DNA from: the human T2T-CHM13v2.0 reference genome, Homo sapiens
Strand: one strand, 5' to 3'
NCBI RefSeq assembly: GCF_009914755.1
Contig: NC_060936.1
DNA: 64,000 bases
Shown: piece by piece, positions 31,269 through 46,136 of the stretch
How the letters are laid out: every line of letters begins with the position of its first letter
How positions within the stretch are numbered: the first letter of the stretch is position 1
Notes under the pieces: generated by a model
Database searches by the model: none
What the model saw: only the letters and a program-made list of their open reading frames with translations
Told to the model about the DNA's origin: nothing
Made by a program: the position numbers and the translations under genes

Positions 31269-32115
31269 GTGACTGCCAGCCTGGCACTTGTGGTTACCAC
31301 TTACCTTGGGGCGGGGCATTTTCTCTAAGCTTGAGGTGTGATGACTGCAGTGATTGAAATAGCAGGGGAGATCATTGCTTTGAAATCTCGAAAAGCTTTT
31401 CCATTTGGGATGTGACCAGATTGTCACCATTTGGGATTGGCATGTAAGTGTGGCCGTGCTTAGCCACTGGTACACTGGTCCCTAGGTAATGGTGTGTCAG
31501 GGGTATTGGTAGAGGCCAATGCGAAAATGCAGGAATGTCAAAGGTGGTGACTGTTAGGGCAAGTGTGATGTGGTTTTGCACGTCTTGTGACAGCTTTTAT
31601 TCCAGAATATATCCGTTCAAGTGAACGGCCTTGGATGATAGAGATAGTGTCTCCCTCCAGGACAGAGGGTAAACTTGTTTGTTGTACAGGAAATGAAGAT
31701 AACACTTCCATCCAGGCAGAGCTTGGGAAGGTTTGCAAGCAACCCCCAAGACTGTTTGTCAGATGCTTGCTAGTTTTCTTTTTTTAAATTAGAGATGAGG
31801 TCTTGATATGTTGCCCAGGCTTGCCTTGAACTCCTGGCCTCAAGTGATCCTCCCACCTTGGCCTCCTGAGTAGCTAGGACTATAGCATTCACTGCTGCAC
31901 CTGGCTACATTGGTGGTCTCTTAGGCTCACAGTTTCTCAGCTGTGACTCATACCCACTGTGGATGTGGCATGCACCTGGGCCCGTCTCCACATCACACCA
32001 TGGGATTTGGGGGGACAAGGATAAAGGGAATGAGTGAGAACAGGAAGCCCCTGCTGCCTCCTGTGCTGTGAGTGATAAAGTCCTTTGTTTTTGAGAAAAA
32101 GAGTGTCATCTTATC

Positions 32116-32336
32116 TGTATTGGTTAGGGTTCCACAGAGAAATAGAACCAATAGGACATAGCTAGCTAGCTGGATGGCTGTCTGTCTGTCTGTGTATCTA
32201 TCTATCTATCTAATCTATCTATCTTATCCATCCATCCGTGCATCCATCCATCTACATATCCATCCATCCATCCATCCATCCATCCATCCATCCATCCATC
32301 CATCCATCCATCCATGTATCTATCCATCCATCCATC

Positions 32337-32388
<52 letters not shown>

Positions 32389-32429
32389 CATCCATCCATC
32401 CTGTCTATTTATCATCTCGATCATCTATT

Positions 32430-32475
<46 letters not shown>

Positions 32476-32977
32476 GGATATTTAGGAGGAGATTTATTAT
32501 GAGGTATTGACTCATGTGATGATAGGGTCTGATTACTCTCACAATCTGCCATCTGCAAGCTGGAGGACCAGGAAGGCCAGTAGCATTTGAAGTTCTGACA
32601 GTGAGAGAGCCAATAGTGTAGACTCGTGTCTGGGTCTGAGGGCCTGAGAACCCGAAGTGCCAAGGGTAGAAGCCCAGTGCCCTGGCTCAGTCAGTCAGGC
32701 AGCACCAGTGTAACCTCCCTCCATCCTTCTGTTCTGTTCAGTCTTCAATGGATTAGATGATCAGGCAGCACCAATGTAACCTCCCTCCATCCTTCTGTTC
32801 TGTTCAGTCTTTAATGGATTAGATGAGGCCCACCCACTTTGGGGAGGGTCATCTGCTTTTCTCAAATGCTAATCTCTTCCTGAAACACACTCATGGACAC
32901 TCCCAGAAATAATGTTTAGCCAGCTACCTGGGCATCCTGTGGCCCAGTCAAGTTGACACATGAAAGCAAACACCACA
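32116..32977 (-). mobile_element. MLT2 (ERVL) LTR containing a compound microsatellite and a 66-bp tandem duplication
   Basis: cagagaaatagaaccaatagga...gatttattatgagg...ggcccagtcaagttgacacat. Confidence 0.85.
32160..32475. repeat. Compound tetranucleotide STR (CTGT/CTAT/CCAT/CTAT)
   Basis: Direct reading of alternating (ATCT)n and (ATCC)n blocks. Confidence 0.95.
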
Positions 32978-33082
32978 TTCTTTCTCTATTCTGCACCTAT
33001 AGTCACAGTGATGAATTTGGAAATGACACCCACTTCCTTCTGTGCACCAGAAAACATATGTTTTGCATTTGGCTTATAACAG

Positions 33083-33217
33083 GCGCTGTCCATGTATCTA
33101 GGTGGGGCCCCCGCCGGCCCAGCAGGAACCGGCAAAACCGAGACCACCAAGGACCTGGCGAAAGCCTTGGGCTTGCTCTGTGTTGTCACCAACTGTGGCG
33201 AAGGCATGGATTACAGG
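33083..33217 (+). CDS. DNAH10: DNAH10 exon 12: [30 protein letters not shown]...NCGEGMDYR (AAA1 Walker A)
   Basis: taacag| ... AGG|gtaagg; 135 nt; canonical P1 loop GPAGTGKT. Confidence 0.97.
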
Positions 33218-33851
33218 GTAAGGCCTGGCTGTCACCTTTGGTACTGGCTCATTAGGCAGAGAGCTTAAAGCAGGACGTGGCATTTCACCTCCTAGTCTTT
33301 GACATGGCGACAGTGGAAGAAGCTAGTAGAAAACCTTCCACCACCACAGCCCCAGAACCTAAGTGTGTCTGCTTAAAGACCCTGCTTTGTTAGCAGGATG
33401 TAGAGCAAGAGTCCCGGATTCACTACCCTAGTAGGGTCAGGTAGATAATGTACGTGAGTAAAGCGGCCAGCAGACAAGAGAGTGGTGGGATCTGTGGCTA
33501 ACTGGAGAGCAAAAGTCCATCTAAAGAGGGCGCCCGTCCAGCTTTGGTTCATAATCACCATTTGGGAAAGTGGACCCAGCATTGCTAGATTTTCCCACAT
33601 TTCAAGAGAAGAGAAGAGAAATGGAGTTTTACACAAAAATCTGGATTTGTAAAATCCCAAGTAGGAGCCAGCCCATGAGGGGCCTTGGAAGTCCTGCCAG
33701 AAAAATCCACTAGTCAAGTGGCTGGTCACCTGCTTCTCTGCCAATCAGTGATCTCATTGTTTGCTTTAATTTAGAAAATATATCCATAAATGTGTTGCTT
33801 GCAGTTTTAAAGATGAAAATTGCCCTTGTCCTGACATGTCTTTCTTCCTAG

Positions 33852-34004
33852 GCCGTGGGGAAGATTTTCTCTGGCCTGGCACAGTGCGGGGCTTGGGGCT
33901 GCTTTGATGAGTTTAATCGAATCGATGCTTCTGTGCTCTCCGTGATCTCCTCCCAGATCCAGACGATCCGAAATGCTCTGATCCATCAGTTAACCACGTT
34001 CCAG
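33852..34004 (+). CDS. DNAH10: DNAH10 exon 13: [25 protein letters not shown]...LTTFQ (AAA1 Walker B)
   Basis: ttcctag| ... CAG|gtgaga; 153 nt. Confidence 0.97.
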
Positions 34005-36008
34005 GTGAGACACATGAAGCCCCCGGGACCATGTCCCTAGGATGGAAGTTTGCCAAGTATGGTAAGCTTCCTCTGTAGCGTCAGTTTCTGGGCTGTTGAC
34101 ACTCCAGACCAGGCTTCCTGTAGAAGATCTGTTGGTTTTTCCAATTGAGATGATTGGGTTTCCAAAATTATCATCATTGATGATAAGGTTTGTAATAGTC
34201 CAAGGACTTCACACTGACTCCAGACACAGAACCAATAGTTATGAATGGGCGTGGGGCAGAGTTCTCAAATAAGTGATGTGCAGGGTCCCCTAGAAAGGAA
34301 ACAATATTCTTGGCGACTTCCCAAGTTTGAGAAAACCTGACTTAGAAAGCGAATGTTCCTTGCAATCATTATCACAGTGAACAAGAAATTTTGCCTTCAT
34401 AGCTTGTGAAGTTACGGCATCATAACAAGCAGGATTTGCAAGGTTATCAAAGTGAGAAGGCAGAATTTTAAAACAATTGTTGAGAATTCACCAATTTCTC
34501 TCTGCCAAAGAATATGTTTGCAGACTTGAGTTTGAGAAGTCTGCATTAAATTACACCAGATTAAGCTGGATCCAAATTTGGAGAAACATGATCTTATTAT
34601 GTAATCTAGGTGGCCCAGAAGGGGATTCTCTGAAAACACAGGACCAGCGTGGGTGGGCCATTTCCCTACACCGGGGTCTTCTGGGTCCCTTGCTGTCCTT
34701 CTGCCTCTGTCCTCCCCCCTCCATGCCCTGCACACTTGTCACTAAGCCACTTGCTCCACAGTCATACCATGCCTTGTGACACCACATGTGTCCCCATCTG
34801 AGTGGAATTGTCCCTTCTTCCCTTCACTGGAAAACTCCTATACATCCTTTAGAGCCCCATTCCAGGATGAAAATTCAGCTTGAGCTGGTGGCCCTGTCAT
34901 CTCACATGCGTCCTCCTCAGATCTTGGCAGGGCTCACTGTTAAGAGATTGTGTCAGCTGGAGACTGTTCAATATTTTCAGGATTCCAGTAAAGGGTCTGG
35001 ATAGATTTCCCTTTGATGAGTTCTTTTGAGGGATTTTTGGGGCTGAGCTGACTGCTCCCGAGAGAGGGAATTAACCTGCAATGTATATAGATTTCCAGAA
35101 GCTGTGTTTCTCAGAGCCAGGAGGCAGCAGCTATCTGCTCTTCCCCCTGGGCCATCTGGGCCATCTGGGCCTCTTGTGGGATACTGAGGCTAGGGATGGT
35201 CTCAGGGCCGACCTATGAGTCAAGGCAGTGGCCTTGTTTTGGGGGAGGCTGGCTGTCTTCCGGGCTGCCCTCTCGTTGGTGATGCAGACTGTGCCTCCTA
35301 ACAACAAAAATTTCTGTCCTCTGCCTGGCTGGTGGACAATCAAAAAAAATAAAATAGAAAACTTCACCGAGAGACGACCGGACTCAACCTTCAGCTAAAA
35401 AGGCTAAGAATATAGGGATTTCCGTGGTTTGTTGGTACCTGGGGCAACCAGAGGAATGAAGACTGGTTTCTTGAGGGGTTTGAGGTGGGATTCTTTAGGC
35501 AGGAGTGACTGCATGAAGTCCAGGCACCCGCAGAAGGTGCAAAGCCAGGTGAGAGGAATGGAAGCCGGCGCTGTGTGAGGTGGTGGGCTGGGCGCTCCCA
35601 ACCTGGGCTGTCTCCTTTCATCGCCACAGCCGTGCCACGAGGTGGGTTGCATTTCTGTTGTGCAGAAAAATAAACTGAGACTCAGAGAGGTTAAGTGACC
35701 TGCTGAGGGTCACACAGCTTCTTGTATCAGCCCCAGACTCTGTGCTTCGCCAACCTGGGCCCCTTCTCCAAGGTAGTGCCCTGGGTTCAGGTCTGAGTTT
35801 GGGGTTCCACTGAGACCTGCCCTCCCCAAGGCCTTCAGCGAGGGGGGCCCTGCATTGAACACCGGGGAGGGAAAAAGAGACAAGTGGTGTTGTCAGCCTC
35901 ATACCATGAAAATGAATCGCCACGCAGCTCGCCGCAGGCCCCCTTTCCAAGGGGCTGGCCGGCCGGGCCACCTAACTGCTTCTTTCTTTCTTCCTTCTTG
36001 CCCTCCAG

Positions 36009-36197
36009 TTTGAAGGGCAGGAGATTTCCCTGGACTCCCGCATGGGCATCTTCATCACCATGAACCCCGGCTACGCAGGCCGCACGGAGCTGCCCGAGTC
36101 GGTGAAGGCGCTGTTCAGGCCTGTGGTCGTGATCGTGCCCGACCTGCAGCAGATCTGTGAGATCATGCTCTTCTCTGAGGGCTTCCTGGAGGCCAAG
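36009..36197 (+). CDS. DNAH10: DNAH10 exon 14: [38 protein letters not shown]...EGFLEAK (AAA1 sensor I)
   Basis: ctccag| ... AAG|gtgggg; 189 nt. Confidence 0.97.
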
Positions 36198-36250
36198 GTG
36201 GGGGGCCTTGGCAGCGCCAGGTCGTGCAGTGCAGACTTCACCCGGGTCTG

Positions 36251-36540
36251 CTTCCAGACTGGGGACCTAGGACGCGTTAGCTCCGTGTGGCTCTTCCAGA
36301 CGGGACCTAGGATGTGTCAGCTCCATGTGGCTCTTCCAGATGGGACCTAGGATGTGTTAGCTCCGTGTGGCTCTTCCAGACGGGACCTAGGATGTGTTAG
36401 TTCCATGTGGGTCTTCCAGACTGGGGACCTAGGACGTGTTAGCTCCATGTGGCTCTTCCAGACTGGGGACCTAGGACGTGTCAGCTCCATGTGGCTCTTC
36501 CAGACTGGGGACCTAGGATGTGTCAGCTCCGTGTGGCTCT
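36251..36540. repeat. Minisatellite, 7 copies of a 40/42-bp unit
   Basis: cttccagac(tg)gggacctaggaYgYgtYagctccRtgtggct; unit starts 36251, 36293, 36333, 36373, 36413, 36455, 36497. Confidence 0.95.
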
Positions 36541-36657
36541 TTGATTTTTGTTTTTTTTTTCTGCTGTGTCTCTCTTCTTCCTCCCCCACCTCTTTTTAAA
36601 TTATAACTTTTAATTTTGGAATAATGTAAGATGCACAAGAGGTTGCAACAATAGTAG

Positions 36658-36996
<339 letters not shown>

Positions 36997-38326
36997 TGAT
37001 CTTCCTGCCTCAGCCTCCTGAGTATTTGGGACCACAGGCAGATGCCATCACACCTGGCTAATCTTGCTTATTTTTTGTAGAGACAGGGTCTCTACAGCCC
37101 AGGCTGGTCTCGAACTTCTGGGCTCCAGTAATCCTCCCACCTCAGCCTCCCGAGTAGCTGGGACTACAGGTTGTGCCACTGCACCCAGCCTCATGTTACT
37201 GCTTACTAGACACATTCTCCCCTCAACCCTAACTCCTGCAACCCCTGATCTATTCTTCAGTCAGTGTAATTTTGTCACTTTGAGAATGTTCTCTACCTGG
37301 AGACATGTAGTATGGAACCCTTTGAGACGGGCTTCTTTCACTCAGCACAATGCCTTTGAGAATATGTAGATTCAAAAACAACTTTATGGATAACTTTTAT
37401 CCTCTTTTAAGCTATCTATAAAATGTACATACGTAAGATCTTTCCAGAAGCTCTGGAAAAGTTACAAAATAGAGAATACTTTTAACATAGAGGGTTGTCA
37501 CATTGCGTTTCTGCAATATGTCTTTTATTGAAAGCTCTTGGTGCCTATTACCGTGTCAGGATTTTGAGTTGGCACGATGAGATCTCTTGTTCCTAGTTTT
37601 CACGACTAAAATTGCCACACTTGCCTTAGAGACCTGTGGGTTTTGAACCCTTGCCATAGATGAGGTGGCTGACTTGTCCTCAAAGACATTTACAGCCTTT
37701 TTTTTTTTTTTGAGATGGAATCTTGCTCTGTCACCCAGGTTGGAGTGCAGTGGTGTGATCTCAGCTCACTGCAACCTCTGTCTCCCAGGTTCAAGCGGAT
37801 TCTCCTGCCTCAGCCTCCCAAGTAGCTGGGATTATAGGCATGCGCCACCACGCCTGGCTAATTTTTATATTTTTAGTAGAGACAGGGTTTCACCATGTTG
37901 GCTAGGCTGGTCTTGAACTCTTGACCTCAGGTGATCCACCCACCTTGGCGTCCCAAAGTGCTGGGATTACAGGCATGAACAACTATGCTTGGCCCAGTTA
38001 CAGCCTTAATAATAGGTTTAGGTCAAAATAAAGAAGCAATGTATTTCTGGAGTGTGATTCCTACAGATGGTTCTGTTCTTTAAATTAAGATAGTGAAGAT
38101 TTTGGTAACACAGATGTTTCTTCAAATTAGTTCCCAATTTGCCATATTTAAAAATGAAGGACCCACCCTGGTATTTCTGGAAGTTAGAGATGGAATTTGC
38201 TTATTTGTAGAGCAGCTGCACTGGAACACCTGCCCCCGTTTTCTTGCATTTGTAGAATGATGCTCCATTGCTTTTGAATCATTTTCTTTTTTCTTTTTTT
38301 TTGTATTATTATCTTCTATCAAAAAG

Positions 38327-38473
38327 ACTCTGGCGAAAAAGATGACGGTTCTGTATAAGCTGGCCCGGGAGCAGCTGTCCAAGCAGTATCACTATGATTT
38401 TGGACTCAGAGCCCTGAAATCGGTGCTGGTCATGGCTGGTGAGCTGAAGAGAGGCTCCTCTGACCTTAGGGAG
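38327..38473 (+). CDS. DNAH10: DNAH10 exon 15: [38 protein letters not shown]...DLRE (AAA1 sensor II)
   Basis: atcaaaaag| ... GAG|gtaggg; 147 nt. Confidence 0.95.
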
Positions 38474-38930
38474 GTAGGGGCCACGTGCTGGAACATTCTC
38501 TGGTTTCAGCTGCTTCAGGCATTTACTACGTGCCATTGGGGAGGTGATGGGCACAGTATGGTATCACCTGAAAGGTTTAAGTCTTAGCTGCCTCTTCACC
38601 CCGCGGTCTGGCCTTACTTTGGCCTCTTACCTGTTGTATCGTTTGCTTGTAATTACACTTAGTACCTTAAGGTCAAGTGCAATGTCTTCGCTCCAATAGC
38701 AACATTTATGATGCTTCCATAGTAATAATCTGTAGTCTCAGGATGGGTGTGGCGGAAGGGTGGGGACTAACAAAATTCTCATGAAAGCATGAAGGTGAGT
38801 TGTTATTTTCTCTTTGAAACAAAAGAGGGGAACAATTGTGTTTTTTTTACATGGACTTTAAATAAAAGGTTTAGTCAATGTTCTGTGGGCAACAGGCTTA
38901 CCTGTTTCTCTAGTGACTGTACTCAATGTT

Positions 38931-39075
38931 GCACGCACACACGCACGCACACACACGCACACGCACGGACACACGCACGCGCACACACACACGGATACAT
39001 GCACGCGCACACACGTACGCACGCACATGTACACATACGCACACGCACGCACACGCACACGCACACACACACACA
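38931..39075. repeat. Alternating purine-pyrimidine tract (CA/CG)n
   Basis: gcacgcacacacgcacgc... ~145 bp with few interruptions. Confidence 0.92.
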
Positions 39076-40648
39076 TTTGGGTAGTAAAAAAAAAACAGCC
39101 GTGAGTGCAGTGATAGAAGCCTGTTTGTGTCCATAGGAGGAGAGGCTGCCACAAATCGCTTCATTCTTTTGGGATTTTCACACATTTGGGTTTTTTTTTT
39201 TTTTTTTTTTGGAGGGGTCGAAGGAAGAGTTATTTATGCTCTTACAAAAAAGGAAGCTGTAAAATGTAAAACACTATAAAGTCAGATGGAGCTGCATTCG
39301 TCATTTGTACTTCTTTTTTCTTAGGAGAAAGGAGTTATATGGAAACTTCTTTCATTTTCTCCCCTGCTCCTCTATGTCCAAAGTTGAAGGGCGATCATGC
39401 TATTGAGTGGGTCATATCTTCTGAACTGAAAAACCACCGATGCCACTTTCAGTCTTAGCAACAGGGAAAACAGTCTCAAGTGCTATCTAAGGCTCTACGA
39501 AGAAGAGTGAGGCCGTTTGCAGCAGTCTCTCCTCCTAGGGCGGTGAATATGGTCCCATCACTGCACTCACTACTGGCTTGTTTTCTTTTACTGCCTTACA
39601 CTGAACCCAAGCATGCATTCATAGGCTCAACTGCTGCACAATCTGGTACTTCCTTAGAAGAATGAAAACACATTGCAAATACCGAATATCCAAGGACTTC
39701 CGAGAAAGAGGTAAAAAACAGCCTCCTTTTCTAGGAGGAAAATCCCTCTTCTCATCCAGCAATGTGGACTTACACATGTAAAACTGTGTTTGTACAGAGA
39801 CTGCGATGGTTTCTTCACATAGGAAATTAACTTTGCTGTATTGTCTTTGGGCTTCTTTATCACATTAAAAGTTTGCAAGCTTGGACCTTTGTTCTTATTC
39901 AGTAAATCTATGTCACAGGATGAGTGAGGATTTAGCATCTTTTGCTTCAAATTAGAACCACATATTTGGAATTTACTGCTGCAGTTCTCAGCTGCGCTTA
40001 TCATGACAGTGGTGGAAACTGGAGGACATTAAAAAGCCCATGAAGTCAGCTGTACTTGCCATTTATTTAGTCTTGTTTGGAATAAAAGGTAAAGAATTCA
40101 CAAATACCACCACCTCAGCACCTGTTTCAAAGGAAACATCAGGCTTCAGCTTGCAACATGATGTCGTTACAATTAAGCAAATAGCAGAAGCCCCCGTCAG
40201 TTGCTTCCTTCTTCTGGAGAAGGCGGGGAACTGCAATCCCCGGGGCTCCTGTGTTGAGTCTGGGAGGCAGAACAAAAGGAAAAGTGGCCTTTTCCACTCC
40301 ACATCCTGGAGGTAATGGGTAGAGAAGACATACCCACATTTCCAGATAGTGAACGCTGAGTAGAGAAGCAGGACTACCTGTCCTAGGAGACAACATAGAG
40401 ACGCTTGCCAGGTCCTGAGTTCAGAATTTTGTTTTTGAGATTTATATAAAAGCACCTAAGGCTGGGCGCAGTGGCTCATGCCTGTAATCCTAGCACTTTC
40501 GGAGGCTGAGGTGGGAGGATTGCTTGAGGCCAGAAGTTTGAGACCAGCCTAGGCAACATGGCAAAACCCCATTTCTTTCCAAACAAATACCCAAAACTAA
40601 AAAATTTAGCTGGCTGTGGTGGCACACTTCTATAGTCCCAGCTACTTA

Positions 40649-40804
<156 letters not shown>

Positions 40805-41009
40805 CTAAAGGTCAAAGTAAATGTTCTTCCTGTAATAAGGAACCTTTGCTTTAGCGTAGATGGCCATACCCCTCTGTAAGGTGGGGAGGAGGAAGTTTCC
40901 GCTCCTTCCCTCTGGCCGAGATCTGTTTTCTTCTCCTTGCACGGCCCACCAGGACACTCAGCCTCCTAGGAGCAGGCCCACCCTGGCCTCACTCCTCTGC
41001 CTGTGCTCC

Positions 41010-42092
<1,083 letters not shown>

Positions 42093-42180
42093 AAGAGTGT
42101 TACCACTGGGTTGGAAACACAGTCCAAAGCACTGGGTTCCTTTGGAAATCTCTTGGAAACATGTGTTTCATTTCCTGCAG

Positions 42181-42372
42181 GACGTGGTGCTGATGAGGGC
42201 CTTGCGAGACATGAACTTGCCCAAATTTGTGTTTGAAGATGTTCCTCTTTTCCTTGGTTTGATTTCGGATCTGTTTCCTGGGCTGGACTGCCCTCGCGTC
42301 CGCTACCCTGACTTCAACGATGCGGTAGAGCAGGTCCTGGAGGAGAACGGCTACGCGGTCCTACCCATCCAG
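42181..42372 (+). CDS. DNAH10: DNAH10 exon 16: DVVLMRALRDMNLPKFVFEDVPLFLGLISDLFPG...AVLPIQ
   Basis: ttcctgcag| ... CAG|gtaaag; 192 nt, phase 0-0. Confidence 0.96.
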
Positions 42373-42572
42373 GTAAAGCCAGGAAAATGACCTCACTGTG
42401 GCCGTGCATCCTTTCCATTGGCTTTTTGTTTTTGCAGTTCTTTAAAAATATATGTACAGTAAAATACGCATAAGTTTCACCATCTTAACCATTTTTCCCC
42501 ATTTTTAAATCACAGTAAAATACACATAACAATATTTACCATCTTACCTACTTTTAAATGTAGAGTTTGTTA

Positions 42573-42893
<321 letters not shown>

Positions 42894-43614
42894 CTAAGTA
42901 CATTCACATTACTGTGCAACCATCAGCATTATCCATCTCTGGAACGTTTTCATATTGCAAAACTAAAACCCTACACCCGTTAACAGCTTACCTTCTCCCC
43001 TCCCTCCGCTGGCAACCTCTGCTCGACTTCCTGTCTCTACAAATTTGACTACTCTAGGTACCTCCTGTAAGTAGAATCATGTAATTTTTGTCCTTTTGTG
43101 TCTGGCTTATTTCACTAACAGTGTTTTCAACATTTATCCATGTTGTGGCATGTGTCAGAATTTCTTCCTTTTTAAGGCTAAATTTTATATATATAGTTTT
43201 TTTTCACACAATGTGATCAGGTGACTCAAATATTTTGTTTTGAGGCATCAACCATCAGAGGTTCTTTCCTCACCTCACCTTTTTTTTCTCCTGAGTCACA
43301 CTTAAAAAAAAATTAAATTAGATATTGCAGGGATAGGATTTGGATCCTCTGAAGCCTGTAAGTTGTATATGTTGTCATTAAGCCAAACACGTATTGATTG
43401 GCAGAGTCCTGCTGAGAGTGTAAATGCCCAGAGCCTCCAGACCTGGGGGGTTGCCTCGGGTCGGGCAGCTTCAGGGTGTCAGGCTACCCCGGAGACCTCA
43501 GGCCTGGGCAGTGGGCACCGGGTACCGGCCGTGGACGAGAGCTTTCTGTGCTTTTCCTGACCCTGATTTTCTCTGGAGTTGGTTGTTGAAAAAGATGTGT
43601 TTTCTGGAAGGAAT

Positions 43615-44236
43615 ATAAAATGGTGCAGCCACTTTGGAAAACAGCCTGGCAGTTCCTCAACAGGTTAAACCGAGAGTTACCATAAGACCCAGCAATTTCA
43701 CTGCTGGGGATCTACCCAAGAATGAGGACGAACGTCCGCTCAGAATTGTTCATGAATGTCCGGAGCAGCATTATTCATAATAGCCAAAAAGTGGGAACAA
43801 CCCAACATCCATCAGTTGATGGATCCACTGCTGAAACAGAATGTGGTCTGTCCATCCCATGGGATATATTTTGGCCATAGAAAGGAATGCAGCACGCGTG
43901 CTACAACATGGATGAGCTTTGAAAACATGCTAAGCGAAAGAAGCCAGATGTGAGAGATCACACATTCTAGGATCCCATTTCCATGAAATGCCCAGAATAC
44001 GCAAATCCGTAGAGACAGGAAGTAGATGAGTGGTTGCCAGGGGCTGGGGGAAAGGGGATTGGGAGAGATGGGTACAGGGTTTTTTGTGGGGAGGGGTGAT
44101 AAAAATGTTCTAAAATTGCTCATGGGGATGGTTGCACAACTCTGTGAATATACTGGAAACCATTGACTTGTACCCTTTCAAAGGTAAATTGTATGGCGTG
44201 TGTGTTGTATCGCAATAAAACTGCGTCAGAAAAAAG
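43615..44236 (+). mobile_element. L1MB-type 3' end with poly(A) signal
   Basis: aaaatggtgcagccactttggaaaacag...ttcataatagccaaaaagtgg...AATAAA at 44214-44219. Confidence 0.85.
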
Positions 44237-44274
44237 ATAATGTTTTAGCCCAGCTGCCATTGTTTGTCCCGCAG

Positions 44275-44393
44275 GTGGATAAAGTGGTTCAAATGTTCGA
44301 GACCATGTTAACCCGCCACACGACGATGGTGGTGGGGCCCACCAGAGGGGGCAAGTCCGTCGTCATTAACACTCTGTGTCAGGCCCAGACCAA
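44275..44393 (+). CDS. DNAH10: DNAH10 exon 17: VDKVVQMFETMLTRHTTMVVGPTRGGKSVVINTLCQAQT (AAA2 Walker A)
   Basis: cccgcag| ... AA|gtgagt; 119 nt, ends phase 2. Confidence 0.96.
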
Positions 44394-44998
44394 GTGAGTA
44401 TGACCTCCGTAGGGAGGGCCTGGCTGCCACAGGGGCTCACAGTATATGTTTGGTGCCAGTATTACCAAGTCCCACTTTGCTCTCTGATTTCCTGGGAGGG
44501 TAAATTTGTAATACACACCCCTTTCGACTCAGCGTGTTTTTACTGACTTTATTGCAGACTTAGTTAAGATATTTTAGAATGCAAAATAGCAACCCGCTTG
44601 TGCATCAGATGGTGAATAGGTTCATTTGTGAAATGAGAATTTCACAAACTATCTTATAAGGATATTTTGAAAATGAATGTAAGTCATAGTTTCTTGGGGT
44701 CCAAATTGCTTCCTTAAAGTAAGTCAGGATTCACCTTATGCAGTACTGCTGTGGTTTCGCAGTGGCCAGAAAACGAATGTCACCTCCCCGGGTGCCTTAT
44801 AATCGCTAGCCCTTCGGGGGCAATTCTTCACGAAGGAAAAAGTGATCGTACACTCCCACATTGAAGATCGTAAAGGAGCCAGGCATGGTGGCTCACGCCT
44901 GTAATCCCAGCACTTTGGGAGGCCTGGGTGGGAGGATCCCATAGTCCAGGATTTTGAGAACAGCCTGGGCAACATAATGAGACTCCGTCTCCACATTA

Positions 44999-45211
<213 letters not shown>

Positions 45212-46136
45212 CTACTGAAAGTGGATTCCTGACTCCTCACTTCTCTTCTAAGCAATAACTAGATTCCAGAAAGACCTCCGTGGATGCTGATAGCCCGGCA
45301 AAAATCTAAATCAAGCCAAAGTTTCTGTGACTTAAACATTTCTAGGCAGTCTATAAAATCTAAAGAGTAAGTGTCTGTCATATGTTCCCATTATTTCTTC
45401 ATATGTTTCATATGAGAAAACCAGTCGACAGTGGCTTACTGACTCTAAGTGGGCTGTGCCGTGGCCATCTGCATTTCATTCTTTAATTCATTCATTGTAA
45501 GTTTATAGAACTATCACACAGTTGTATGCATGTGTAATATAGCATGTACATTATGATTTACTGATTCGTTGGTTGTGAACTGTGGAGTGTGTGAAGTTTT
45601 GTTCTCTATAGATGAATTAATCCTATAGTTAGTGCTGCAGGGATTTACAGGCACTGTGGTGAGAAATGCCCTGTCTGCTTGATTCATGAAGTCAACAGAG
45701 CAGCTGTTGTTCTGTAGATAAGGAGGATTGAACATTAGTAGTCCAAAGCCTTGTTATTATCGTGGATGACTGAGTGTGGTCTCCTATACGCCCTTAATTC
45801 TGAGATATTTACTTAAATGTCATATATATGAATATGTAATATGCATAAATATGAAATATACATGAAAGTTAGCTTCTTGGTGCCCTCCAGAGGCAAAGCT
45901 GTGCTTCTAGTTCAGACTTCATTTGTGCTGTGGCCACATTTTTGGTGAAATGTGGTTGCTTTATATTTAGAAGAAAGCACTAACAGTGAAGGGAAGCCCA
46001 GTGAAGAGTTTGCATGGGTTGCATTTTCAATTTTGGATTAAAGTCAAAACATCTAATTCCTCATAGAGGGAACCCAGACTGTTTTCCTCATGCATTTAGT
46101 TGTCTTGAACCATGGCTAAAGCCTCTCTTGATTTAG

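Noticed and set aside
30837-31475. 212-aa minus-strand ORF, the longest in the track
   Set aside because: It is the antisense shadow of GC-rich exons 10-11, has a non-ATG start, and shows no recognisable domain or independent gene signals.
34519-34545. 9-bp hairpin tgcagactt...aagtctgca
   Set aside because: Too short to exceed chance in 64 kb; no miRNA or snoRNA hallmarks.
36251-36540. Regularly spaced repeats with palindromic core, superficially CRISPR-like
   Set aside because: Units are head-to-tail with no unique spacers, in a primate intron with no cas genes: a minisatellite.
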